Below are positions 38,227-47,028 of a stretch of 57,007 bases of DNA, piece by piece. The DNA comes from a virus (taxonomy: Duplodnaviria > Caudoviricetes). The stretch is from the IMG/VR virus record IMGVR_UViG_3300049009_000900, positions 1-57,007 of that record; one strand, 5' to 3'. The position numbers and the translations under genes are program-made. Each line of letters opens with the position of its first letter. The first letter of the stretch is position 1. The notes under the pieces were generated by a model, which saw nothing but the letters and a program-made list of their open reading frames with translations, was not told the DNA's origin and did no database searches.

Positions 38227-38577
38227 ATGTTCGCGGTAATATTCAGTGACGGCGAAATAAAACTGGACGACTTGAAAAATGACTGCCGTGAGCACCTTTG
38301 GATTCCCATAGCGGTACACAAGGACAGGAACGGATCGGTGACGGTACTTTGCTTCAACGAGGCGGACACCGCGAAGCGTTTCGCCAAAAGAAACATACCG
38401 AAGACTTGGGTTCACGGGGCGGTACTTCTCAACGACGATCAGATCGCCTTCATCAATTCCAAAAGATGGAAGATAGAAGTCCTTGGGTTCCCGAGGATCT
38501 TCAGGGACAACCCGGACCAGGTCTTAGGGTTTGAAATAGTCGAATTCAGTGAAAAGCCCGGTATGAAATACGCATAG
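38227..38577 (+). CDS. Hypothetical protein
   Basis: 116-aa ORF coupled to the upstream stop. Confidence 0.6.
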   Translation: MFAVIFSDGEIKLDDLKNDCREHLWIPIAVHKDRNGSVTVLCFNEADTAKRFAKRNIPKTWVHGAVLLNDDQIAFINSKRWKIEVLGFPRIFRDNPDQVLGFEIVEFSEKPGMKYA

Positions 38578-38599
38578 ACACACCAAAAAGGAGAAAACC

Positions 38600-38815
38600 A
38601 TGGTGCCAGAAAACTTTATAGTCGGAGCAATCGGTTCGTTGATGTTTGGGCTTATAGGGATAATCCTGTTCATAACGGGATATTTCGCGTTCGATCTCCT
38701 TACTCCGAAATTGGACATATCGAAAGAACTTTCAAGCGGCAACGTTTCGGTAGGCATAGTGGTGGCGGCGCTGCTTCTGGCGATCGCACTAGTCATATCA
38801 AGCGTAGTCCATTGA
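38600..38815 (+). CDS. DUF350-like small membrane protein
   Basis: Two TM helices flanking FDLLTPKLDISKEL...GNVSVGI. AAGGAG RBS. Confidence 0.75.
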   Translation: MVPENFIVGAIGSLMFGLIGIILFITGYFAFDLLTPKLDISKELSSGNVSVGIVVAALLLAIALVISSVVH

Positions 38816-38822
38816 GAGAAAA

Positions 38823-39911
38823 ATGCAATTAACAGAAAACCAGAAAGACACCATACGATCGATACTCAAACGGATCGGCGATTCCAGCCATATAACGATG
38901 GGCGGATACGCTGGCACCGGGAAAACGACATGCGTGTCGACGATCCACGAGGCTCTGAAGCGCAAGGGTAAAAAATTCCTCGTGTGCGCCTATACCGGGA
39001 AAGCCACGAACGTGCTGAGGAGCAAAGGCATATCAGCGTCCACAATACACAGCACGATATACCAGCCAATCACCGACCAGGAGACGAACAAGGTTTCCTG
39101 GGTGACGAAATCCAAGATAGACATTCCAGACCTTGAAGGCTTCATCGTGGACGAGGCGTCGATGGTCGGAGAAGACATACACCGAGACCTCGTAAGTTTC
39201 GGAGTTCCAATACTGTATGTCGGCGACCATGGGCAACTCGAGCCGATAGGCGGCAAGTTCAACCTAATGAGCAATCCGGACTACAAGCTCGAGACCGTGC
39301 ACCGCAACGCCGGAGAGATAGCCCATTTCGCGGAGCATCTGCGCAAGGGTCTTCCAGCCACGGCTTTCAAGGGAAGCGAGAAAGTCCAGATCGTAAAGGA
39401 GTCGGCGATCAAGGACAAGCACCTTGCCCAGGTCAGCCAGGTCATATGCGCCTTCAACAAGACGAGGACGAGGGTCAACGAGCGGGTCAGAGCCTTCAAG
39501 AACATCGAATGCACCTATGTTTCCGTGGACGAAAAGGTTATTTGCCTCCGAAACAAGAAGGATGCCGGTCTGTTCAACGGGATGCAAGGGGTGGTGACAA
39601 AAGTGAACAAATGCGGCAAGAGGTTCGACTTCGTCTCGCGCGGCATCCACTACTACAACATCATGTTCGACGACAAGCAATGGGGCAAGGAAAAAAACGA
39701 ATTTGATTTCAGCCAGGACGCGCACCCTTTCGACTACGCCTACTGCATAACCTGCCACAAGTCGCAGGGAGACGAATTCGATTCGGTCATAGTGTACGAG
39801 CAGAGATGCTCGGAATGGGACAACAACAAATGGAACTATACCGCAGCCAGCAGGGCTAAGGGAAGCGTGGTCTGGGCGGCAGTTTCAAGTTTTGTTCCAA
39901 GTTACCTTTAA
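38823..39911 (+). CDS. SF1B helicase (Dda/RecD-like)
   Basis: GYAGTGKT, IVDEASMV, VGDHGQLEPI, FNG and YCITCHKSQGDEF motifs. Confidence 0.9.
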   Translation: MQLTENQKDTIRSILKRIGDSSHITMGGYAGTGKTTCVSTIHEALKRKGKKFLVCAYTGKATNVLRSKGISASTIHSTIYQPITDQETNKVSWVTKSKIDIPDLEGFIVDEASMVGEDIHRDLVSFGVPILYVGDHGQLEPIGGKFNLMSNPDYKLETVHRNAGEIAHFAEHLRKGLPATAFKGSEKVQIVKESAIKDKHLAQVSQVICAFNKTRTRVNERVRAFKNIECTYVSVDEKVICLRNKKDAGLFNGMQGVVTKVNKCGKRFDFVSRGIHYYNIMFDDKQWGKEKNEFDFSQDAHPFDYAYCITCHKSQGDEFDSVIVYEQRCSEWDNNKWNYTAASRAKGSVVWAAVSSFVPSYL

Positions 39912-39973
39912 ATTTTTTGGCAATCATGATACGATCATGTTCCCAAGGAAGCGACCAAACAGAAAGCGATACA

Positions 39974-40549
39974 ATGCAGTACGTTTCAATAGACATAGAG
40001 ACAACAGGAACGGATCCCCTAGTCCACGACATAATCGAGTTCGCAGCCGTCATAGACAGGACGGAATCGGAAACCCCGTTCGACAAACTACCTGTCTTCC
40101 ACAAGTTCATCAAGAAAGAAGGACCTCTGGCATGCGAGCCGAGAGCCGCGTCTATGCACCACAGGATATTCAAGAAGCTCGCGGAACAGCCGGAAGAATG
40201 CATGTTCATAGAGGATCTGATGTACGCCTTCGGGAACTTCCTGCAGGACAACGGCGTCGAGCCGAACAAGTACGGTCAGATAGTCCTAAATGTTGCCGGG
40301 AAGAACTTTGGGGTTTTCGACTACCAGTTCATGGTGGCGAAGATACCAAAGGAGAACTGGAACAACATAATATTCAGGAAAAGGTTCTTGGACCCTGCGA
40401 TACTTTACTTCAGGAATGGCGACTATTGCCTTCCCGACCTCAAGGTTTGCATGGAAAGGTCAAACTACACTTCTGATTCCTGGGGAATCCACTGCGCGGT
40501 AGATGACGCGATGCAGGTCGTAAAGCTCATGCGCGGCAAAATCAAATAG
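39974..40549 (+). CDS. DnaQ-like (DEDDh) 3'-5' exonuclease
   Basis: SIDIETTG, GKNFGVFD and HCAVDDA motifs. Confidence 0.85.
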   Translation: MQYVSIDIETTGTDPLVHDIIEFAAVIDRTESETPFDKLPVFHKFIKKEGPLACEPRAASMHHRIFKKLAEQPEECMFIEDLMYAFGNFLQDNGVEPNKYGQIVLNVAGKNFGVFDYQFMVAKIPKENWNNIIFRKRFLDPAILYFRNGDYCLPDLKVCMERSNYTSDSWGIHCAVDDAMQVVKLMRGKIK

Positions 40550-40943
40550 AGTTAGCTTCGCAATTTCTCGCAGCCCGGGCTATCTCAGAGTTCTTCTTGT
40601 CTATGTACGTCTGGACCAATTGCCTGGCTTCAATTTCGGTAATCAGTTCGTTTTCGTTGTATATGGAGTTAAGGTTATCCCAATATACGGGTACGTAACC
40701 CCCGTACTTGTTGTTCATGACCACCCTCTTTATCGCGACCTTTTCGATGCATCCCCTTATGGCTTTGTATTTCAGATAGACGATCGATCTCTCGCCCCAC
40801 CTGTAAGAGACCGATATTCTCTTCTCGACCAAAGAGCAGCCGAATGACTCCAAGCCACCTTCGGGAACACAGGAGTAGCGGTCGCTAACCGACCTTACCT
40901 GACCGCGAACGAATATTTTTCCTTCTGGAATGTAGCTGTACAT
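40542..40943 (-). CDS. Hypothetical protein
   Basis: 133-aa ORF, AGGA RBS. Confidence 0.55.
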   Translation of the reverse strand: MYSYIPEGKIFVRGQVRSVSDRYSCVPEGGLESFGCSLVEKRISVSYRWGERSIVYLKYKAIRGCIEKVAIKRVVMNNKYGGYVPVYWDNLNSIYNENELITEIEARQLVQTYIDKKNSEIARAARNCEANSI

Positions 40944-40945
40944 AT

Positions 40946-41323
40946 TCAGTTCCTGGTTGTTCGTTTTGGCTGGTATATCGGTAGGTTCTCAAGGGGGATG
41001 GAATCCAAATTCGGAAAAACGCAAGCTTTCTTCTTTTGATTGACGAATATCTCCGAATCATTGAAGAATTTCGTCAGGTTGCCTATTTTAGCCTTGTAAA
41101 CCGTTTCGCTGTTGGAGTTTACGCTTACCCCGGTTATGACCCAAACCCTGCCGGAAACATCGTATCCCTTCGCCCCTATGCTGAACTTGACAAATTTTGA
41201 ATTGCTGTAAAACCCAGTCTGAGATGTAGTTGTCTCGTCGCCATAAAGCACGACTTTGCCAGAACCCTCTTGTTTGAGGACGAATTTGTTCAGGTTCTGC
41301 ATGACCCACTGGATTAATGGCAT
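40946..41323 (-). CDS. Hypothetical protein
   Basis: 125-aa ORF, GAGGT RBS, TATATA box upstream. Confidence 0.6.
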   Translation of the reverse strand: MPLIQWVMQNLNKFVLKQEGSGKVVLYGDETTTSQTGFYSNSKFVKFSIGAKGYDVSGRVWVITGVSVNSNSETVYKAKIGNLTKFFNDSEIFVNQKKKACVFPNLDSIPLENLPIYQPKRTTRN

Positions 41324-41430
41324 TTTTTACCTCTAAATATATAACCAGCACGACATCGAAAAAACAGAGGCGATACAAGCAAGCGGAAAAAATTCATCCG
41401 AAAAATTCGGTTTCGGCAAATATATAATTC

Positions 41431-41805
41431 ATGGAATTCAAAAAATGGCTAAGAAACGAGATGGCTTGGTTTACGGTTCCCGATGAAATCAACATAAAAG
41501 TGCCATACAAGGACGGCGGCTTGATACCGGTCAAGATGGTGGACATGCTTTTCGAGAAAAACCCGGAAGTGTACAGGGACAAGGTTTCCGGGTCCACAAT
41601 GAACCAAGGGTCGAAATTCGTCGCCGCGATACCAAACAGCGACCGGTATTTGGCTTACCACGGAAACCGAGGCGGCATATCATCCCAGACGATATCAAAA
41701 AAAGAAGCCATGGATCTCTCCAAAGGGGAGTACAATGTTCTGCCGGAAGAGTGGTACGAGAAGGCTCTACTCATAGGACCAGACGACAATCAGATAAATC
41801 TTTAA
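41431..41805 (+). CDS. Hypothetical protein with capsid-targeting-like N-terminus
   Basis: MEFKKWLRNEMA start, TATATA 4 nt upstream. Confidence 0.65.
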   Translation: MEFKKWLRNEMAWFTVPDEINIKVPYKDGGLIPVKMVDMLFEKNPEVYRDKVSGSTMNQGSKFVAAIPNSDRYLAYHGNRGGISSQTISKKEAMDLSKGEYNVLPEEWYEKALLIGPDDNQINL

Positions 41806-41844
41806 AACAAGGTGAAGACAAGACCAAAATCACTATATTACAAC

Positions 41845-42726
41845 ATGGCAAAAATAGCTTTAATCAGACCCGGTTCGATAGGCGACATAATAATGACATT
41901 CAACTCGATGCCACCATTGAGGTCGGGAAACGATGTCACCTACTTCTGCAACTCCAGGCTTCTGGACTTGCTGAGGAACTTCGCGAGCAAGAACGACATA
42001 GTCGAGATGAAAAGCCTGGAGGAGCATGACCCGAAGGAATTCGACGCGAACATCAACCTTATCGGCTACCCGCTGGGCGAAGGCTACCCGAACAAGAAAA
42101 TGGGGAAGCACCTGGTCGAGTATTTCGCGAAGGAGATGGGGGTAGATTTCAGCTTCGACAATCTTAATCTCGATCTTCCCAGATTCCCAAAAAAGATAAA
42201 AAACAGGAACTATCCGAGATATGTGACCTTCCAGAACAAGACCGGATGGTCCGCGTACAAGGACTGGTGGGGCTGGCAAGAACTCATAGATCTCATGAAA
42301 CAGAGAATCCCGAATGTCGAAGTGTACCAGATAGGGGGTCCGGGAGACCCGCAGATCGAAAACACGGACGGGAGCTTTTGCGGCGATCCGTTCGAGGACA
42401 ACCTTGCCGCGCAGGCTTGGGCTAACCTTCATCTTGGATTGGACTCGGTTTTCAACCACACCACCAACATAAGGTGGAGAAACAAAGGAAGGACCAAAGG
42501 GGTCATACTTTTCGGCTCAACGCAAGCGGACGCAAGCGGATACCCGCACAACGACAACATATCATTGGGGCTAAGCTGCCAGCCGTGCTTCAAAGAAGAC
42601 CCGAAGATGAGCAGAGTATCCTTGGGTTTATGTGATAACCCCCCGAATCAGACCTACGAAAAACCACAACACGCCTGCATGAAAGGTATAACGCCAGAGA
42701 TGGTGTTTGAGAAAATAAAATTATGA
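41845..42726 (+). CDS. GT9 (heptosyltransferase-like) glycosyltransferase
   Basis: RPGSIGDIIM, LHLGLDSVFNH, VILFGST, CQPC and CMKGITPEMV motifs. Confidence 0.8.
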   Translation: MAKIALIRPGSIGDIIMTFNSMPPLRSGNDVTYFCNSRLLDLLRNFASKNDIVEMKSLEEHDPKEFDANINLIGYPLGEGYPNKKMGKHLVEYFAKEMGVDFSFDNLNLDLPRFPKKIKNRNYPRYVTFQNKTGWSAYKDWWGWQELIDLMKQRIPNVEVYQIGGPGDPQIENTDGSFCGDPFEDNLAAQAWANLHLGLDSVFNHTTNIRWRNKGRTKGVILFGSTQADASGYPHNDNISLGLSCQPCFKEDPKMSRVSLGLCDNPPNQTYEKPQHACMKGITPEMVFEKIKL

Positions 42727-45065
42727 ATGAGACAATAAGCCAATTGGGAGCGGATGACTGGGTTCTGAGCCATTACGAAAAAGGATATTTCGTCGACGCC
42801 GGATGTTGCGACGGCGAACACATAAGCAACACCTATAAGCTTGAGAAAATGGGATGGAGCGGCATATGCATAGATGTTTTTCCCAAAAACTTCGACAGGA
42901 GACCAAACTCTAAAGTTGTCGAAGCTGCATTGTATGGAATAAAAGATTTAGAATTAGATTTTACAATATCAAAGGCTCCAGAAATCAGCGGCATAACTGA
43001 TTACCTTGGGAAGAAAGGAACGGCAGCCTACACCGGGTGGGAACCATACGTGGAGAAAACCATCAAGGTCAAAACGCAATTGCTCCACGAGATCCTTGAC
43101 GCCAACAACGCCCCGAAATTCATCGAATACTTAAGCATAGACATCGAGGGGGTAGAACTAGAGGTTTTAAAGACCTTTCCCTTTGACAGGTATAAATTCG
43201 GATGCATTTCCCTGGAACACAATTACGAAGAGCCAAGGCGAACACAGATCAAAGACCTTCTGAAAAGCAAAGGATACACCTACATCAAACAGGTCAAAGC
43301 GGACGATTGGTTTATGCTAGAAAAGCCGAATGACAAAAACAAAAAAACATTCCATGAAATATGGGATTCGATGAGCCACCACAGCTTCAACGGTTTGGAT
43401 AAAACAAAAATAGTCTATGATGAGCTGCTTGATACTTTCGACCTAGAGGGGCACACAGCAGAAATCGGAGTTTATAAAGGTCACACGTCCAAGCTGATAC
43501 ACGAATTGTGCAAACACAAGACTCATTATTGCTACGACACATTCAGCGGCATAGACCTTTCAGATCCCAACATAGATTTCCACAAGAACGGGGAATACTC
43601 ATGTGGTTTGAATGACGTCAAAGGTTTGTTGGGTGAAAATGACATTGTTTACAAAGTTGGAACTTTTCCCAATACATTCAGCGAAGGAAATGAGAAATTC
43701 TCATTTGTCCACAGCGACACCGACACTTATGCCGGCACAAAAGCCACATTGGATTGTTTTGCTCCAATCATGGTCGAAAACGGAAAGATGATGTTCGATG
43801 ACTATAAATGGAAAAACTGCGAAGGCGTGGAGAAGGCGATCAAGGAATTCATGAATGACAACCATTCTTTTGTTTTAAAAGAACACGAAGAGCAATGCGT
43901 CTTGATTAAAGCCCCGGCTGGCAAGGCGAAAGAATCGACGATTGAACTTGCGAAAGGCAAAAAAATAGGATTGTGCATGATCGTCAAGAATGAATCCAAA
44001 ATAATCGAAAGATGCTTGGATAGCGTCAAGCCAATGATAGATTATGTGTCCATTGTCGATACTGGGTCGACAGACGATACGATCAAAATCATCAATTCTT
44101 GGCTTGATAAAAACAATATCTCTGGGCAGGTCATATCGGAACCTTGGAAGAATTTCGCATACAACAGAAGTTTCGCTTTGGCTAAACTTCGAGAGCAAAA
44201 AGATATTGATTACGCGTTAATGATCGATGCAGATGAGGTTTTGAGATACGAAGGCGGAATCGATATCGCCAAGGAAAAAAAGAATATGACCCATGATCTT
44301 TACAATATAAATTGTAAATTCGGGAGCATAGAATACGCGAGAACATCTATAACGAAAAATAATATGCCCTATTATTACAAAGGCGTGGTTCATGAATTCC
44401 TTGAATGCCACGAACCAATCAAAAACAGAGATTTTTTCAAAGGAATTTACAATGTTCCTTTGCAGGATTCTGCGAGGAATGAAAGTAATCAGAAATTTCA
44501 AAATGATGTCAAACTTCTAGAAGAAGCATTGAAAACAGAAACTGACAAATTTATGATTTCAAGATATACATTCTATCTCGCCCAGTCATGTAGAGATTCA
44601 GGACAGCAAGAAAAGGCAATCTATTGGTACAACGAAAGAGCAAAACAAGGATTTTGGAATCAGGAAATTTATATCTCATTGTATCACATAGCCAAAATCA
44701 AAGAGTCACTCGAATATCCGGGAGATGACGTGGTTCAAAGTTACATGAGAGCATATGAAGTATGTCCAGAAAGAATCGAAGCGTTACATGGCGCAATAAG
44801 CTATTGTAGAAAAAATGGAAGAAACAATCAGGCATTCATGATGGCTACCTACGCGAGATCAATGCCTGTATTTCAATCGGGTCTTTTTTCAGAAAACTGG
44901 ATATGGGATTACGGCATTGATGACGAATATAGTATCGCCTCTTATTGGACCAACCACATAAAAGAAGGACTAGAGGTGACAGAGGGGCTGCTGAAGAAGA
45001 TACCGGAACAACAGAAGGAGAGAGTTCTGCGAAACCTGTCGTTCCTCAAGGAGAAGATCAAGTAA
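42723..45065 (+). CDS. Multidomain FkbM methyltransferase - TylF/MycF methyltransferase - GT2 - TPR protein
   Basis: FkbM: FVDAGCCDG...SNT...SIDIEGVE. TylF: AEIGVYKG...DTFSG...HSDTDTY...FDDY. GT2: LCMIVKNE...DTGSTD...IDADE...GVVHE. TPR: FYLAQS... Confidence 0.85.
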   Translation: MNETISQLGADDWVLSHYEKGYFVDAGCCDGEHISNTYKLEKMGWSGICIDVFPKNFDRRPNSKVVEAALYGIKDLELDFTISKAPEISGITDYLGKKGTAAYTGWEPYVEKTIKVKTQLLHEILDANNAPKFIEYLSIDIEGVELEVLKTFPFDRYKFGCISLEHNYEEPRRTQIKDLLKSKGYTYIKQVKADDWFMLEKPNDKNKKTFHEIWDSMSHHSFNGLDKTKIVYDELLDTFDLEGHTAEIGVYKGHTSKLIHELCKHKTHYCYDTFSGIDLSDPNIDFHKNGEYSCGLNDVKGLLGENDIVYKVGTFPNTFSEGNEKFSFVHSDTDTYAGTKATLDCFAPIMVENGKMMFDDYKWKNCEGVEKAIKEFMNDNHSFVLKEHEEQCVLIKAPAGKAKESTIELAKGKKIGLCMIVKNESKIIERCLDSVKPMIDYVSIVDTGSTDDTIKIINSWLDKNNISGQVISEPWKNFAYNRSFALAKLREQKDIDYALMIDADEVLRYEGGIDIAKEKKNMTHDLYNINCKFGSIEYARTSITKNNMPYYYKGVVHEFLECHEPIKNRDFFKGIYNVPLQDSARNESNQKFQNDVKLLEEALKTETDKFMISRYTFYLAQSCRDSGQQEKAIYWYNERAKQGFWNQEIYISLYHIAKIKESLEYPGDDVVQSYMRAYEVCPERIEALHGAISYCRKNGRNNQAFMMATYARSMPVFQSGLFSENWIWDYGIDDEYSIASYWTNHIKEGLEVTEGLLKKIPEQQKERVLRNLSFLKEKIK

Positions 45066-45849
45066 GGTTGTACTTGTCGTAAAGACTGGCGAGGAAGCCT
45101 CCGATGACGTCCGATGGCTTGGAGCTGGTCTTGCCGAGCTTGGGTCGTATGTCGTGCAGACCCTCTAGACCCCAAGCCTTGTCCTTGGTCTCGGCGCACA
45201 CGTTCTTTATGTCGTCGAAGTCATGACCCCCATACCTTTCCATTCCGATGAAATCATAGATCCCGTCCATCACGCGCCCGGGGTCGCCAACCAGACTGTC
45301 GTATTCGACCAGGTGGATGCAGTCCCTGTGCGCCTCAAGCCCGTGCTTGGTGCTGCTGTACGGGTCCGATATGTAGTTCTCCCACAGTACCTTGGCTCGG
45401 TTCTCGGTGGACACCGGGACTCTCATCCTGCGCAACTCGTTGTCGACAAAGTTGTCGTCCTGCCCGTTCGAGACGATCAGCTTTATGTAGGAGGTTATGA
45501 TCTCGCTTATCGGTCTCACGGTGACCAATATCCTTGGCTTCGGACTGACGAACATCCTAGCTGGGATCACGTTCCTCGGCCAGCCGCGGTGCTTGTCGAA
45601 AACCACTTCCGTATCGTACTGCCCGTAAAACGACTCTATGACGGACTTGTAGACCGAGGACGAAAGACCCTCGAAGTCGAAGGTGTAGCTTGCGTTTATC
45701 TTGCCCAAGGACTCGTTGGTGTAGCACAGGAGGTCCAGCAGAGGGCTGGTGGGAGTCGCGGTTATGGACGGATTCTGGGAAAGCAGCGACCCGAGGAGCG
45801 TGCTCCCGCTTCGGGGGAGACCAGAAAGGAAATGGACGGTTTTCAGCAT
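45058..45849 (-). CDS. Sulfotransferase
   Basis: PAPS-binding loop FLSGLPRSGSTLL, plus FDKHRGW, VRPISEIITS and VEYDSLV. TGCTATAAT lies 7 nt before ATG 45849. Confidence 0.85.
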   Translation of the reverse strand: MLKTVHFLSGLPRSGSTLLGSLLSQNPSITATPTSPLLDLLCYTNESLGKINASYTFDFEGLSSSVYKSVIESFYGQYDTEVVFDKHRGWPRNVIPARMFVSPKPRILVTVRPISEIITSYIKLIVSNGQDDNFVDNELRRMRVPVSTENRAKVLWENYISDPYSSTKHGLEAHRDCIHLVEYDSLVGDPGRVMDGIYDFIGMERYGGHDFDDIKNVCAETKDKAWGLEGLHDIRPKLGKTSSKPSDVIGGFLASLYDKYNLT

Positions 45850-46034
45850 GAATGTCATTATAGCATGCAAAATACGGAAAAAAAATCATTTTCTTCCTGC
45901 AAAAGGGCGATATCCTGTCCAGTATAAGTAGGGAATAATTTATTTTTGGAAAATATCTGCTTTTGATTGAATTTTTTCCGACTTGAAACGAATAACACGA
46001 TAGGAAGATAAACTTTAACCCACGGAGAGCAAAA

Positions 46035-46469
46035 ATGATTCGAGAAGACGAAGAGAATGTGCTGAACTGCAATTGCAGCAGGTATTACATCGTGCCGATG
46101 GACAAGATGGCTGATTTGATGGGGATTCCGAAAAAATTGGACGAATTCGGGATGGACGACAGAGACTACGACGTCACGCACAAGGTTTTGGCTGCCGGCG
46201 GGGATTTCGTAAACCTCGAGACTGGCGAGATCGAAGCGGAACCGGTCAAGATCGTCAAGAAGTATCGACTTGACGCGGATGGCAACAATGAGATATTAAT
46301 CGAGATCAGGGCGGTCAAATCGAACGCCCACAGGTTTCTGATGAGGGGAGAGCCGACTCGCGACGAATATGTCGTGAAAAGATCGAAAGAGCTGGGCTTG
46401 AACGGCATAGACCTCATCAAAAACCTCGAAAAGTTTCACGAAGAATACAAACAACTAACAGCAAGCTAA
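46035..46469 (+). CDS. Hypothetical protein
   Basis: 144-aa ORF, GGAG RBS. Confidence 0.6.
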   Translation: MIREDEENVLNCNCSRYYIVPMDKMADLMGIPKKLDEFGMDDRDYDVTHKVLAAGGDFVNLETGEIEAEPVKIVKKYRLDADGNNEILIEIRAVKSNAHRFLMRGEPTRDEYVVKRSKELGLNGIDLIKNLEKFHEEYKQLTAS

Positions 46470-46480
46470 AGGAGAGAATC

Positions 46481-46909
46481 ATGGAAAGAGAATGCGAAGA
46501 TTGCGGCGTGTCTTTCATGGACGACAGGTATTTCAAGGGCGAATTGCCGGAAAACGCGTTTTGTCCACTTTGTTGCTCGGAGAGATTTTATGCCGACGTG
46601 GATAACACGCACAAAACCCGCAAGGAGGAAACTTGGAATTTCCGTTCAAACTGGAAGGCGAAAGTCTGGAACACCTCCTCGCTGTACGAGGAAGGCTCCG
46701 ACTTCCTCCACATAAACATCGATAAGGGCGAACTGAAACTGGAGATAGCCGTCAAGAAAAGAGAGGGGTCAGACGACGAATTCCTGGTGTGGATCGGCGA
46801 CAAGCAATTCCTGTGCAAGTCGGAGGCGAAAGACGAAGGCGCGAGACATGACCAAGGGAAAGTACTGAGCGAACACAGTCCTCTGGATATCCTGGACGAG
46901 GGAATATGA
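46481..46909 (+). CDS. Hypothetical protein with N-terminal zinc ribbon
   Basis: CEDC...CPLC, AAGGAG RBS. Confidence 0.6.
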   Translation: MERECEDCGVSFMDDRYFKGELPENAFCPLCCSERFYADVDNTHKTRKEETWNFRSNWKAKVWNTSSLYEEGSDFLHINIDKGELKLEIAVKKREGSDDEFLVWIGDKQFLCKSEAKDEGARHDQGKVLSEHSPLDILDEGI

Positions 46910-46922
46910 TTCCTTAGTCCAC

Positions 46923-46977
46923 GCAAACGGGTTTCCATGGACTAAGAGCGTTCCTTAGTCCATGGAAACCCGTTTGC
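46923..46977. repeat. 24-bp perfect inverted repeat (7-nt loop)
   Basis: GCAAACGGGTTTCCATGGACTAAG-agcgttc-CTTAGTCCATGGAAACCCGTTTGC. Confidence 0.9.
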
Positions 46978-46994
46978 CTTTACTTGGCAGATCC

Positions 46995-47028
46995 GCAAGT
47001 TAAGGGAAACCGCTTTCCCTTAACTTGC
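46995..47028. repeat. 15-bp perfect inverted repeat (4-nt loop)
   Basis: GCAAGTTAAGGGAAA-ccgc-TTTCCCTTAACTTGC, abutting the stop codon at 47029. Confidence 0.9.
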
